Positions 20,681 to 30,738 of a stretch of 64,000 nt of DNA are shown here, in pieces. The DNA is taken from the NCBI GenBank assembly GCA_036679605.1, contig JAZDCZ010000251.1, positions 1-64,000 of the forward strand. The letters run 5' to 3'. The stretch is from Gemmatimonadota bacterium (GTDB taxonomy: Bacteria > Gemmatimonadota > Gemmatimonadetes > Gemmatimonadales > GWC2-71-9). Each line of letters begins with the position of its first letter. Position 1 is the first letter of the stretch. Position numbers and translations under genes: made by a program. Under the pieces are notes generated by a model. The model was not told the DNA's origin, did not search any database, and saw only the letters and a program-made list of their open reading frames with translations.

Positions 20681-22170
20681 TCTGCCGATCGTCCGAGAAC
20701 AAACTCGGCAAACAACCTGACGCCCAAGCCTGTCGGCCCCTTCTCCATGTCCGGCCGGTCGGCATCGGTATACGCGGTTCCCGCGATATCGAGGTGCGCC
20801 CACGCGTAGCCGTCTACGAACTCTCGTAGAAACCAGCCCGCCGTAATAGACCCGGCGGCGCGCCCTCCGGTGTTCTTAATGTCTGCCACATCGGATTTGA
20901 GTTGCTCGCGGTACTCGTCCCACAGCGGTAGCGTCCAACATCTCTCTCCTGCAAGGTCACCTGCCTGCCGCACTTCCTCCATAAGCAGATCGTCATTACC
21001 CATAAGACCAGTGGCATGACCCCCCAGCGCAACCACTATGGCGCCCGTTAGTGTTGCAGCATCTATGACGCACGTCGGCTTGAACCGCCGTGCATACGAG
21101 AGCGCGTCACACAAAATCATGCGGCCTTCGGCATCGGTGTTGACGACTTCAATGCTCTTTCCAAAATGCGCACGAACGATGTCGCCTGGTTTTACTGCAA
21201 CTCCAGAGGGAAGATTTTCTGTTGCCGGAATCAGTCCGACCGCGTTGATGTTGGGCCTCAGACGGCCCAGCACTTCAAAAACTCCCAGTACTGCGGCTGC
21301 ACCGGACATATCGTACTTCATTTCTTCCATGTGCAGCGCGGGCTTGATCGAAATACCGCCGGAGTCGAAGGTGACTCCCTTACCAACGAAACACACCGGT
21401 GCCGACCGCCTCTTTCCCTTGTACTCCAGGACAATGAACCGTGGCTCCTCGGTCGAGCCCTGCGCTACAGCGAGCAACGCACCCATACCGGCCTTTTCAA
21501 TTTGCGCTCGGTCCAGCACTGTGACCTTGTGCCTATACTTTTTTGCTGTTTCTTGAGCCTTCGCCGCCAAGTACTTCGGTGTGCAGATGTTCCCCGGCTG
21601 AGCCTGGAGATCTCGGGCAGCGGCCTGCCCCGCAGCGATTGCTTCTCCGACCTCCACACCCCGCTCGACCTCCTTGCGATCCTCTCGTGTCACGAGGATG
21701 CGCAGATGATCGAGCCTGGGACGATCACTCCGCCGCCGCTTGAAGTCGTCGAATTCCCAAGCTCCCTGTGCCACGCCTTCCACTGCTACTTGCCCAAAGT
21801 CCGCCGACGAGACCCCAGCACGTGCTTCGGGTATGATGGTGTAGGCCATTTCCGTGACTCCAGCTGCCACCGCTTTTCGAGCAGCCACCGCGGCACTGCG
21901 GCGCACCGCACCCCTTGTCACCTCGGAGGCCGGACCGATGCCCACCAGAACGACCCGCTTGGCACCCTTGCTCGGATACAGCACGGAGATCTGGTCTCTC
22001 TCCCCGGTGAAATCACCTGTCGAGATGACACGGGAAAGCTCACCATCCGACTTGGCATCCAAGCTCCTGAGGGATCGTGGAACTCGGGGGCTCTGCAGGC
22101 CACAGACGGCCACAGCCAGTAAGGGGGTCCGAATGCGATCCATCTGAACGATCTGAACGGCAGACTTCAC
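20677..22170 (-). CDS. pepA: Leucyl aminopeptidase (M17)
   Basis: VGKGVTFDSGGISIK, MKYDMSG, NTDAEGR, ATLTGA, HLDIAGT. Confidence 0.96.
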   Translation of the reverse strand: MKSAVQIVQMDRIRTPLLAVAVCGLQSPRVPRSLRSLDAKSDGELSRVISTGDFTGERDQISVLYPSKGAKRVVLVGIGPASEVTRGAVRRSAAVAARKAVAAGVTEMAYTIIPEARAGVSSADFGQVAVEGVAQGAWEFDDFKRRRSDRPRLDHLRILVTREDRKEVERGVEVGEAIAAGQAAARDLQAQPGNICTPKYLAAKAQETAKKYRHKVTVLDRAQIEKAGMGALLAVAQGSTEEPRFIVLEYKGKRRSAPVCFVGKGVTFDSGGISIKPALHMEEMKYDMSGAAAVLGVFEVLGRLRPNINAVGLIPATENLPSGVAVKPGDIVRAHFGKSIEVVNTDAEGRMILCDALSYARRFKPTCVIDAATLTGAIVVALGGHATGLMGNDDLLMEEVRQAGDLAGERCWTLPLWDEYREQLKSDVADIKNTGGRAAGSITAGWFLREFVDGYAWAHLDIAGTAYTDADRPDMEKGPTGLGVRLFAEFVLGRSAE

Positions 22171-22434
22171 TTTACCTCGCCTCTCTAAGGACACCAGTAA
22201 CCGGACGGCCTACCGGCAATCTCACAACGCACGTCAGTAAGATTGAGATTGCACTCCTACGCAGCCCCTAGTACAAACGCCGACGGGATCGCCGGCGCAG
22301 CCTAAGGTAATTCCAACCCGGGGGGAGCGGCAAGCTGGATATGGGCCGTAGCCTTTGTACCTTGAGCCAAAGGAACGATTGCGTAGCTTTGGTCGTACTA
22401 GACTATCATCCGTTTCAACACTAGAGGCCGTATC

Positions 22435-23031
22435 ATGCGCCGTTTGGCTTGCACCGTCGTTCTTGTCGTCGCCAGTTTCGCTATAACCTCGCCGTTATAC
22501 AGCCAGCTCATCGAGCGGAGGGATAGTCGTCTTTGGCTCGCCTTCGGAGCCGGTGCAGGTTTACTGGACGTCGATTGCCCCGTCACGTGTCAGGGCGGTC
22601 GTAACACGGGCGTTGCCGGATTTTTTCAGATAGGCGGGACCCCGTCACTGCGCGTGCCCGTAGGCGTTGAGTTCAATGGATGGAGAAGGGACGAATCGGG
22701 CATTCAACGTGAGTATTTCCTGATATCGGCATTCTTCGACTTCTACCCGGTAGAACACGGGTCACTCTTTCTTCATGGCGGATTCGGAGCCGGACGCTAC
22801 GCCCAAGAGACCGTGACGCAAGCCGGCACGGAAGAACTCAGCGCCACTGGATTCGGATTTCAGTTCGGTGGTGGTTACGAGTTTCGTGTAAGTCCACACC
22901 TCCTAGCGGCGCCCTATATTCGATTCTTGATCGCACTCGGACAGGACTCGAAAGGGAAAACATTTTCGTTCAGTACCGACCTCGATCTCAACATGATTCA
23001 GGTTGGTGGCCAGGTCCGCTGGCTTCCGTAG
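22435..23031 (+). CDS. Small outer-membrane beta-barrel protein
   Basis: Signal peptide, alternating strands (GGFGAGRY, GGGYEF), C-terminal VGGQVRW. Confidence 0.7.
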   Translation: MRRLACTVVLVVASFAITSPLYSQLIERRDSRLWLAFGAGAGLLDVDCPVTCQGGRNTGVAGFFQIGGTPSLRVPVGVEFNGWRRDESGIQREYFLISAFFDFYPVEHGSLFLHGGFGAGRYAQETVTQAGTEELSATGFGFQFGGGYEFRVSPHLLAAPYIRFLIALGQDSKGKTFSFSTDLDLNMIQVGGQVRWLP

Positions 23032-23046
23032 CGGTCCGCGGCTGGG

Positions 23047-23721
23047 TCAAAGCTGTGGCTCGCTCATCGGAAGCCACACATGAAGATGATCGGCTGTACC
23101 AACATGGCGGAGCGTACCGAACCCCATCACGTTGAAATAGCCTGCCACCAACCAATTCCTCCAATCGCTGCGACCTACTGTACGCAAATCCATGGCATGG
23201 ACATAACCGTCCTCCTGGGGAAAGTGCCAAGACGCCTGGCGCACAGGTAGTCCCATTCCGACATAGTCCTCCGGCGTTCTCTTGAGATCCGTGACGACGA
23301 TGCCGCGGTCCGACAAGATGATCGTGCTCAACGCGACTCTGAGCAGCGGATGAAGAGTTCGGTAATAGGAACGCACTTCAGTTCCTTTTGTGTTCAAGTC
23401 TGACAGATAGAGCAGTGAATAGGCGCAGTAAGCCGCAATCAATGGGAATGCGACCCGTCTCGCGAGCAGCCGTATGCGAAGACGTCCTGTGAGCTTCTTG
23501 GAGATCCAGGCAGCGTAACACGCAACGATCATCATCGTTAGAACCGAAGACAGGATCACAGCTGCATACGGGGGCCAATTGTGCTCGTAGAGGTAGATCG
23601 ACGTTCTCACCAGCACCGCGAAGGGTAGCAGAACGAGAACGCCCAAGCCGATCAATATCCTGCTCAGCCTCAGGAACAACGATCGGCGCTTTGGCGATTG
23701 ACTCGGATGATCTTCAGACAT
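23047..23721 (-). CDS. Membrane protein with possible C-terminal M15/LAS-type Zn-peptidase-like domain
   Basis: Three N-terminal hydrophobic helices. SWH...HAMDLR and DHLHV motifs. Confidence 0.55.
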   Translation of the reverse strand: MSEDHPSQSPKRRSLFLRLSRILIGLGVLVLLPFAVLVRTSIYLYEHNWPPYAAVILSSVLTMMIVACYAAWISKKLTGRLRIRLLARRVAFPLIAAYCAYSLLYLSDLNTKGTEVRSYYRTLHPLLRVALSTIILSDRGIVVTDLKRTPEDYVGMGLPVRQASWHFPQEDGYVHAMDLRTVGRSDWRNWLVAGYFNVMGFGTLRHVGTADHLHVWLPMSEPQL

Positions 23722-23809
23722 GCTCAGTTCGCAATCACAGTAATTACGAACTTCCCGCCGAGTGGTTTCAGCGGCTAGAGGTGCGGCGTGGCGTTCGGGC
23801 TTGTCAGAG

Positions 23810-25522
23810 TCAGCTGATACCGAGCGCGTCGCGCACGTGCTGAATGAGTGCGATCGGATGAATCGGCTTGGGAACCATGTCTAAACCGGCGCTATCGAAC
23901 GTTTCCGAAGCGTCGGACCCAGCCTCCTCCCGCATGAGAACGATACGGAGTCCGGGATCCGTCTGCCTGAAGCCCTCCACGAGGTCACTCGAGGCAGTTT
24001 CGTCGGGCCTCAGTCCGATCAATACCACACCGATCCCACCAGCCTGCGATTTCAGAACCTCCACGCCGGCGGCTCCGGTACGAGCCGTTAGCACAGGTAT
24101 TCCCGCCCTCTCCAACAGCGTCTTGATCTCGGCAAGCACCTGCTTCTGCTCATCCACCACCAGCACGGAGAGAGTTCTCGCCGTATCGGAGGCTGTCTCT
24201 TCGGGCTCGCTGATCGGGCCAAGGACTTCGGTCACCGTCCGCGGTCGAATCATACACAGGTAGCCCAAAATGCTGCCGTCTCCGGAGTAACGCAGAGTAG
24301 CGGAGAGGAGGCCCGGAATCGACGCTCCGTCCTTCGCACGAAACTCGACCTCGACATCGCGGACGATGCCGGAATCAGTCACACCTTGCTGAAATGCACG
24401 AATGTCCTCAACTCTAGAGTACAGCCGAGTGGCTTCGAGCCCGATGAACTCGCCTCTGGTGTACCCGAACAGGTCAGTCGCAGCCTCGTTGCCGTCGGCA
24501 ATCGTGCCGTCTCGGGAAGACAGATAGACCGCGTCGCGCGACAGCTCGAAGAGACTACGGAACTTGCTCTCGCTTTCGCGCAATGCTTCTTCGGCCTTGC
24601 GACGTTCCTTGATGTCGCGAGCCACGGCCAGTATGAACTCTTCATCTCCCAAACGCCCGCGAGCGATGGCGACTTCAACCGGAAAAGACGTTCCATTGCG
24701 GCGGCGGTGTCTGCCACCACTGTACACCTTCGGCCGGTCGTTATCACGCGTGTCGGTGACATGATCGGACATCCCGTTGGCAGTGCCCAGAGGAAACTCC
24801 AAATCGATGTCGTCGATCTTGAGCGTCAGCAACTTGTCGCGTGAGCGGCCAAGCCAATTGCAGGCTGTCTCGTTCACGTCAATGAAGCGGCCAGTCTTGG
24901 CGTCGGTCACGAATATTGCCTCACCAGCCTGATCGATCATGCTACGGAACCGCCGCAGTTCGGATTCGCGGCCGTCCCGGTCGACCAATGTGCTATTGAG
25001 TTCGCGTAGCTGCGCCGTAATGTGCGCGACTTGTTGGTCGAGTTTGTCACGCTCCGTCCTCAGGCCCACCTCCCCCTGCCGCAGTCGGGTGATATCGCGG
25101 GCAATGATCGTGGCCGACACCACTCGGCCGTCCCGCTTGTTCGGAGCGACGCGACACTGGTACAAGGCATCTTCACTGAATGGGCCCGACCCACAACATT
25201 CGTAGCCGTGGGCCTCACCAGTGGCAAACACCCGAGCAATCGATTCACGGAGGACGATCTGGTACTCAGCATCTGTATAGGAGAAGACCGACGTCCCTGA
25301 TACGTCTACCTCGTCGGACCCAGACCCATGCCTGTTGAGATAAAGGATGGTCCCGTCTTCCTTGACTATGAAAACGAGATCAGCCGGATAGTCCACGCCG
25401 TTCGTGCCCGCGCGATCCTGCACCGTCACCGCAGGTGCCGGTGGGGATGCCACAGCTTGAGGTATCCGCCTGCCCTGAGTCCAACTAGGGCGGCTCTTTT
25501 CTTCCAAAACCAACTCCTTCAT
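23810..25522 (-). CDS. Multi-PAS protein with C-terminal atypical receiver domain
   Basis: Three PAS/PAC units (ARDITR, ARDIKERR), a coiled coil, and REC-like VLVVDE...VVLIGL...PKP. No HisKA/HATPase. Confidence 0.8.
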   Translation of the reverse strand: MKELVLEEKSRPSWTQGRRIPQAVASPPAPAVTVQDRAGTNGVDYPADLVFIVKEDGTILYLNRHGSGSDEVDVSGTSVFSYTDAEYQIVLRESIARVFATGEAHGYECCGSGPFSEDALYQCRVAPNKRDGRVVSATIIARDITRLRQGEVGLRTERDKLDQQVAHITAQLRELNSTLVDRDGRESELRRFRSMIDQAGEAIFVTDAKTGRFIDVNETACNWLGRSRDKLLTLKIDDIDLEFPLGTANGMSDHVTDTRDNDRPKVYSGGRHRRRNGTSFPVEVAIARGRLGDEEFILAVARDIKERRKAEEALRESESKFRSLFELSRDAVYLSSRDGTIADGNEAATDLFGYTRGEFIGLEATRLYSRVEDIRAFQQGVTDSGIVRDVEVEFRAKDGASIPGLLSATLRYSGDGSILGYLCMIRPRTVTEVLGPISEPEETASDTARTLSVLVVDEQKQVLAEIKTLLERAGIPVLTARTGAAGVEVLKSQAGGIGVVLIGLRPDETASSDLVEGFRQTDPGLRIVLMREEAGSDASETFDSAGLDMVPKPIHPIALIQHVRDALGIS

Positions 25523-25703
25523 CTATTGCCAGTTTCCCAATTGTTAAACTTGATCAGCATTTTCCGGTCCCGCTAGACGTAAAGCAAAAGGTATGCCGCG
25601 GGTTGTGATTCTTTAACCTGTTGTCGTTTAATGAGTTCCATGAGGTCGCCTGAGAAATACCATGAGGCAAAGCTCGCCGTTCCTTGCAGACCGCCCGACG
25701 GGA

Positions 25704-26210
25704 TCACAGTACCGTCCGGCCCTTGCTACAGGCCCAATTCTCCCAGAATCTGAGGTAGTAGGAATAGGATCTGCCCTGCGGTACTTTTTGCCAAGGGTGC
25801 GCCGTGTCGGCGGAGGGTGACGTAACCAATACACCTTTCATGAACTGATTCTGGGTCTCCACCTCAAGGTTTTGTCCGCAGTAGGGACACAAGAATTGCT
25901 TTGTGTCGGGGGCAATCCACCACAGGTAAGGGGCACGGGCACACTCGGGCCAGTCAGCGCATCCGTGTACCACCGGCCGAAACCGAACGGGCGTGTGACC
26001 TACCGCCTGACAGAAGCCGCAAAACCTACAAGTCCTCAGTTTTTCGTCGGGATCCACCGCCCTGGGGCCATAGAAGCCGGTGCGGCCGCAGTCGGGACAC
26101 TGCATCGGATCAGCCCGTTCACCGAATAGGGCATACGATTCATCATCCCAGTCTTGTTCAGAATAGGGGAGCTGCGTGCGGTTGCGCGGCCGCGAATTTG
26201 AGTCTTTCAT
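25704..26210 (-). CDS. Hypothetical multi-Cys (Zn-finger-like) protein
   Basis: CPDC, CRFCGFC, CADWPEC and CPYC clusters. RBS GAGG upstream. Confidence 0.65.
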   Translation of the reverse strand: MKDSNSRPRNRTQLPYSEQDWDDESYALFGERADPMQCPDCGRTGFYGPRAVDPDEKLRTCRFCGFCQAVGHTPVRFRPVVHGCADWPECARAPYLWWIAPDTKQFLCPYCGQNLEVETQNQFMKGVLVTSPSADTAHPWQKVPQGRSYSYYLRFWENWACSKGRTVL

Positions 26211-26346
26211 GCCCGACTGACCTCAATGCTTGAACACCCGTGGGCTAGTAATCCGGAGGTAACCACCCCCGCCACCAGATTCAACTCAATATTCGCACAG
26301 TCGAGGATGTTTCGCTGCGACGCGCATCACTTTTCTTGTTTGGAGA

Positions 26347-26844
26347 TTACCCCCGGCTTCGGCGCCAGAGATACCGGGCTAGCCAGCCGTAGAATGCCAC
26401 ATAGGTAACGGCGTAGATCGAAGCTTTGACAATCGCCTTCTTGACGGTTGGTCCTAGTTCCGGCGCCACCCCTTTAAGGGCCAGCGGCACGTCCAGGAGG
26501 TAGATCACATACGCCCCAACCAGAAAGGCCGCCACAAGCCCGCTCAGTACCGCAACGGTCTGGGCAACGCGCTGCCACCCTCGCCCGATAGCACCTACTG
26601 CCACGAATGTCAGTCCTATGGTAGCGAGCGGCATCGAGTCGAAGTGGGCACTGATGGTACCGAACTCCCACTCTGGACTCCCCAGGTTCAGGGGATACCA
26701 CAGAAGCCCAAGGTCGATCCATCCTACGAGCGCCAATGTTACTCCGAGCCCGGCGACCAAAGACCAAATCACGTCAGGTTCGCGGAGGATCTGGGCGGCA
26801 CGCTGTGATTTGACGGTCTTCTCAGGTACTACGACTTTGGCCAT
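26347..26844 (-). CDS. Four-TM membrane protein, HpsJ-like
   Basis: Four hydrophobic segments. D...YPL..GSPEWEF...FD.MPL pattern recalls the HpsJ-like family (from memory). Confidence 0.6.
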   Translation of the reverse strand: MAKVVVPEKTVKSQRAAQILREPDVIWSLVAGLGVTLALVGWIDLGLLWYPLNLGSPEWEFGTISAHFDSMPLATIGLTFVAVGAIGRGWQRVAQTVAVLSGLVAAFLVGAYVIYLLDVPLALKGVAPELGPTVKKAIVKASIYAVTYVAFYGWLARYLWRRSRG

Positions 26845-27002
26845 GGCACCAACTATTGAAGAAACAAGTCACAAACGCAATGGCCCTGCACCGCGGTCAG
26901 GGTATCTTTGACGGCCGAAGGGTCCCCTCTATATTGCGCTCAAGCAGGAGAACCTGTTTCCCAAGGTTCTACCGTACTCATTTGCCGAGGTGATGAAGGA
27001 AG

Positions 27003-27353
27003 ATGGCAGTGATCTTGATTGTCGATGATGATGCGTCGATTCGCACTTCGCTTCGACGTTTTCTAAAGCCGGATCACGAGGTTTTCGAAGCGGGAGACGG
27101 AGTTGAAGCTCTGGATCGGCTGGGGAAGCACCCGATAGATATTGTCTTCGTAGATGTCGCAATGCCCAACATGAACGGGATTGAGCTACTGCATCACATG
27201 AAGACAGACTATCCCGAGAAGAAGGTCGTCTTAATGTCAGCGTTCGATGATGTAATAGACTTGGCCGAGCGGGAGTCGAGTGTGGTTCAATCGCTGCGCA
27301 AACCGTTTACTCTCGATCAAATACAGGCCGCGGTGCTAGCTGCGGTCGCCTAG
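27003..27353 (+). CDS. Single-domain response regulator
   Basis: ILIVDDD, VDVAMPNMNG, MSA, LRKPF. Confidence 0.92.
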   Translation: MAVILIVDDDASIRTSLRRFLKPDHEVFEAGDGVEALDRLGKHPIDIVFVDVAMPNMNGIELLHHMKTDYPEKKVVLMSAFDDVIDLAERESSVVQSLRKPFTLDQIQAAVLAAVA

Positions 27354-27416
27354 CACCCATTCCTGCGACACTCGTTCGTGAAGCCAGTGGAACCAGAAGG
27401 GTCTCTGCGAGGTTGT

Positions 27417-27890
27417 ATGTGCGAGATGACCATTCTGATAGTCGAAGATAGTTATGAATTCCGCACCATGCTGCGGATTTTCTTGGAGGGCGCGGGTCAC
27501 AAGGTCGCAGAAGCGGCAGACGGTTTGGCGGCCCTCGAGCGGTATCGCGAGAGCCCAATCGACCTAGTAATCACCGACCTCATTATGCCTCACAAGAATG
27601 GTCTCCAGCTCATCGCGGATCTGAAATCTGAGGCCCGGCAGGTCAAGATCGTCGCGATGTCTTCGAGCGATCAGAAGCTCGCCGAGGCACGATCAGTCGG
27701 AGCAAGCCGAACTCTCTCCAAGCCGTTTTCGCGGAAACAGCTATTGGACGCCGTCGCCCATCGCGGAAACAGCTATTGGACGCCGTCGCCCAGCTTGTGG
27801 CCTAGATGGATCCATCTTCCAGCCCCGGTCATGCAACATCCAGAGATCCGCAATGGTCATGTTGGATTCGGACTGTCCGTGGAGTTCTGA
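27417..27890 (+). CDS. Single-domain response regulator with C-terminus frameshifted by a tandem duplication
   Basis: ILIVED, TDLIMP..NG, MSS, LSKPF. The tail after LDAVA is out of frame. Confidence 0.85.
   Translation: MCEMTILIVEDSYEFRTMLRIFLEGAGHKVAEAADGLAALERYRESPIDLVITDLIMPHKNGLQLIADLKSEARQVKIVAMSSSDQKLAEARSVGASRTLSKPFSRKQLLDAVAHRGNSYWTPSPSLWPRWIHLPAPVMQHPEIRNGHVGFGLSVEF
27729..27792. repeat. Perfect 32-bp tandem duplication
   Basis: tcgcggaaacagctattggacgccgtcgccca at 27729-27760 and 27761-27792. Confidence 0.95.
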
Positions 27891-27928
27891 CTATCTGATC
27901 CAGCGCGGTTCTTGACCGGCCGTCGGTC

Positions 27929-27968
27929 TTGACAACATTGGTTCTACACATGTAGTATTACACGTGTC
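27929..27968 (+). promoter_or_regulatory. Sigma70-type promoter overlapped by BlaI/CopY operators
   Basis: TTGACA (27929-34), 18 bp, TAGTAT (27953-58). TACAcaTGTA at 27945-54 and TACAcgTGTC at 27959-68. Confidence 0.85.
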
Positions 27969-27986
27969 GTTTCCAATGGGTGTACA

Positions 27987-28391
27987 ATGACAGCTCCGAA
28001 TACCAACAGCTCATACAAAGATTTGACCGAATTGCAGTTAGCCCTGCTGGACGTGTTATGGGCTGAGGGCGAAGTGACGGTTGCCGAAGCAACCGAGGCG
28101 CTCCTCGCAGAACGTGCCCTAGCCAGTACCACGGTTGCGACCTTGCTATCTCGACTCGAACGTCGCGGGGTCGTCACGCATCGTATAGAAGGGCGGCAAT
28201 ACGTCTACCGGGCAGACGTCACACGAGCCGAAGTGCGCGCCTCGATGGTGACGGCATTAGCTAACCGACTATTCAAAGGTGATGTCGCGGCGCTCATGAG
28301 CCACCTGCTCACCGAATCTGAGATCGCCGCCGGTGACCTCGAACGCGTCCGAGCGTTGATTGACGAGAAGACGCGGGAGAAAGAGGAATAA
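27987..28391 (+). CDS. BlaI/MecI/CopY-family repressor
   Basis: LTELQLALLDVLW...TTVATLLSRLERRG...GRQYVY...LF.GD...L..HL. Confidence 0.93.
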   Translation: MTAPNTNSSYKDLTELQLALLDVLWAEGEVTVAEATEALLAERALASTTVATLLSRLERRGVVTHRIEGRQYVYRADVTRAEVRASMVTALANRLFKGDVAALMSHLLTESEIAAGDLERVRALIDEKTREKEE

Positions 28392-28392
28392 T

Positions 28393-30708
28393 ATGCCTAC
28401 AGCGCTGCAAGCGATCGATTGGACGACTCTCGCATCTACGACTTCGTCATGGCTACTCACTTACCTGCTGCATAGCACAATACTCATCGCAGTGGTATCA
28501 CTCGTGGCAGGGTCTCGCTGGATTCGTTCGCTGGCAGTGCGCGATACGCTGTGGAAGGTCGCGCTGTTTGGCGGTGTGATCACGGCTACGCTCCAGGTGG
28601 GTGCTGGACTGACGCCCTTATCCGGCAACATGGAGTTTGCAGTCGATCCGGCTCGTAGGACTGTCGAGCCGCTCTCCGCGGTTGTCGAATTCACCGCAGC
28701 TCCGACGGAGGAGATCGCGAGCAACGCGACAATCGAAGATCTAGTGGCGGATGCCGCCGATGTCACGATTTCCGGCGACAACGCTCTGAAATCGTTGCCA
28801 GCAACATCGAAACCAGGGTCCACGGTGAGCCCCGTCTCGGCTGCCTTCTCGCGCAAGTCATGGCCCCTTGTCGCGGCGGCACTGTGGTTGGCCGGCGCAA
28901 TCTTTGGCCTCACGCGATTGGGGTTAGCAAGACTGCGACTGTCTCGATGCCTCAGTCGCCGACAGGAAGTGGGCGACCCGCGGCTTCAGATCACGATTGC
29001 CAACCTGAGCGATGTAGACGGACTCAAGAAGCCCGCACGATTGACTTGGTCAGCGCACATCCCTACCCCGGTAGCGCTACGCTCAGAGGTTTGCCTTCCC
29101 CGCCGCGCCTTGGTCGAACTCTCAATTGATCAACTAAGGAGCATCCTCGCTCACGAGATCGCACATGTCGTGCGGCGCGATTCGCTGTGGTTTACAGCGG
29201 CGCTCCTCGTAGAGCGTTTGCTTTTCTTCCAGCCTCTGAACGCTGTCGCCCGGCGCAACATCCGTGAACTTGCCGAGTATCTCTGCGACGACTGGGCTGT
29301 CTATCACACGAGGACGAAAATGACATTGGCAAAATGTTTGTTCGAGGTGGCGGCCTGGATCAAGACCCCGAGGCAGCCCACACTAGTGCCCAGCATAGGC
29401 GAAGATTCCTCGCAGCTCGTTCGACGCGTTGAGCGCATTCTCAAGTCCGACACGATTTCAAAGGTGGGTACGTCCATGCGTGCACACGCGACGGCCTCCA
29501 TCGGGATCTTCCTGCTGGTAGGGTTGACCGCGCCAGGCGTCTCGTGTGCCGGAGCACCGGCAAATGCAGGCGTTCCGGCACCGGCAAGCACCGAAACTAC
29601 CAGGCCGGCGTCCTTAGCAGACGATCCAGCGGACATGCCTGAACCGCTACCTGTAGATGAGTTGCGACCAGTGGCGTACACGACAACCGATGTGACGTTG
29701 GCTGAGGCTGTGATCTCGTCGGATTATCTAGAGGTATCTGTCGCTGATATCACAGACGATTTTCTGCTTGAGGCAGGCGTTGTAGTAGCCGCAGATATGG
29801 ATCTAGATCTCACAGCAGCAACGTTCGAGTACTCGGAGTCCCTTCAATTCGCTGCCGCGGAACCCATGCAGTACGTGATGGCCGAGGTACCCGTGCTCGA
29901 GACCGCGTTTGTTGCGGTACCAAGTCTTCTGACGCAGTCGACGCAAAGTGATACCGTCGATCCACGTATCGTTGCCTCGCTAGTCAAGACTTTACGCGAC
30001 CCAGATCCGGGTGTTCGGAAGGAGGCTGCTACGGCACTCGGGCGCTTACGTGCCAAGTCGGCCGTGCCTGGACTTATCGCAGCCTTGGACGACGAATACG
30101 CCGGCGTTCGGGCGTCAGCGGCTAGTGCCTTGGGCCGCCTCAAAGACGTCAGCTCCGTCGAACCTTTGATCGGCGCACTATCCGACACCTCGCGCACCGT
30201 GCGGAAGCAGGTATTGAGCGCACTTTCGAACCTCAGAGACGTCCGCGCTATTCCCGGATTCATCCGCGCGCTGCGGGACGAATCGGCCGATCTACGAACT
30301 CGTGCTGCGAACGCCCTCGGCCGAATCCGCGACGGTCAATCCGTCACTCCACTCATGGAGGTACTATCTGACACCTCCGCCGCAGTACGCCGGGCTGCCA
30401 TCTCCGCGCTTGCCAACCTGCGGGATCCTCGAGCCATCCCAGCGCTAGGCAGACTGCTACACGACGGATCGGCACGGGTGCGACTATCTGCCGTACGAGC
30501 CCTGGCCAAATTCAGGGATCGCCGGACTGTCGAACCGCTCATCGAGGCTCTGGCCGATTCCTCGGCCAGCGTGCGCAAGGCCGCAGTGTCCACTCTTGGG
30601 ACGCTACAGGATCCGCGTGCGGTCGAGCCGCTGATAGCAGCTCTCGAAGATGAGAACGCCGAAGTGCGGGCTACCGCGGTGAGGGCCCTATCGAGGATCC
30701 GCCGTTAG
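28393..30708 (+). CDS. BlaR1-like M56 metallopeptidase with C-terminal HEAT repeats
   Basis: TYLLHST, ILAHEIAHVVRRD (HExxH), FFQPL, EYLCDDWAV, LAKCL, RRVERIL. Then a TM segment, an acidic linker and about 8 HEAT repeats (VR..AA.ALG.L). Confidence 0.9.
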   Translation: MPTALQAIDWTTLASTTSSWLLTYLLHSTILIAVVSLVAGSRWIRSLAVRDTLWKVALFGGVITATLQVGAGLTPLSGNMEFAVDPARRTVEPLSAVVEFTAAPTEEIASNATIEDLVADAADVTISGDNALKSLPATSKPGSTVSPVSAAFSRKSWPLVAAALWLAGAIFGLTRLGLARLRLSRCLSRRQEVGDPRLQITIANLSDVDGLKKPARLTWSAHIPTPVALRSEVCLPRRALVELSIDQLRSILAHEIAHVVRRDSLWFTAALLVERLLFFQPLNAVARRNIRELAEYLCDDWAVYHTRTKMTLAKCLFEVAAWIKTPRQPTLVPSIGEDSSQLVRRVERILKSDTISKVGTSMRAHATASIGIFLLVGLTAPGVSCAGAPANAGVPAPASTETTRPASLADDPADMPEPLPVDELRPVAYTTTDVTLAEAVISSDYLEVSVADITDDFLLEAGVVVAADMDLDLTAATFEYSESLQFAAAEPMQYVMAEVPVLETAFVAVPSLLTQSTQSDTVDPRIVASLVKTLRDPDPGVRKEAATALGRLRAKSAVPGLIAALDDEYAGVRASAASALGRLKDVSSVEPLIGALSDTSRTVRKQVLSALSNLRDVRAIPGFIRALRDESADLRTRAANALGRIRDGQSVTPLMEVLSDTSAAVRRAAISALANLRDPRAIPALGRLLHDGSARVRLSAVRALAKFRDRRTVEPLIEALADSSASVRKAAVSTLGTLQDPRAVEPLIAALEDENAEVRATAVRALSRIRR

Positions 30709-30738
30709 CGGCACTGACTCAATGGCCGGAGAACTCAG

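Noticed and set aside
27987..30708. Beta-lactam resistance locus
   Set aside because: No penicillin-binding sensor domain and no beta-lactamase or PBP gene nearby.
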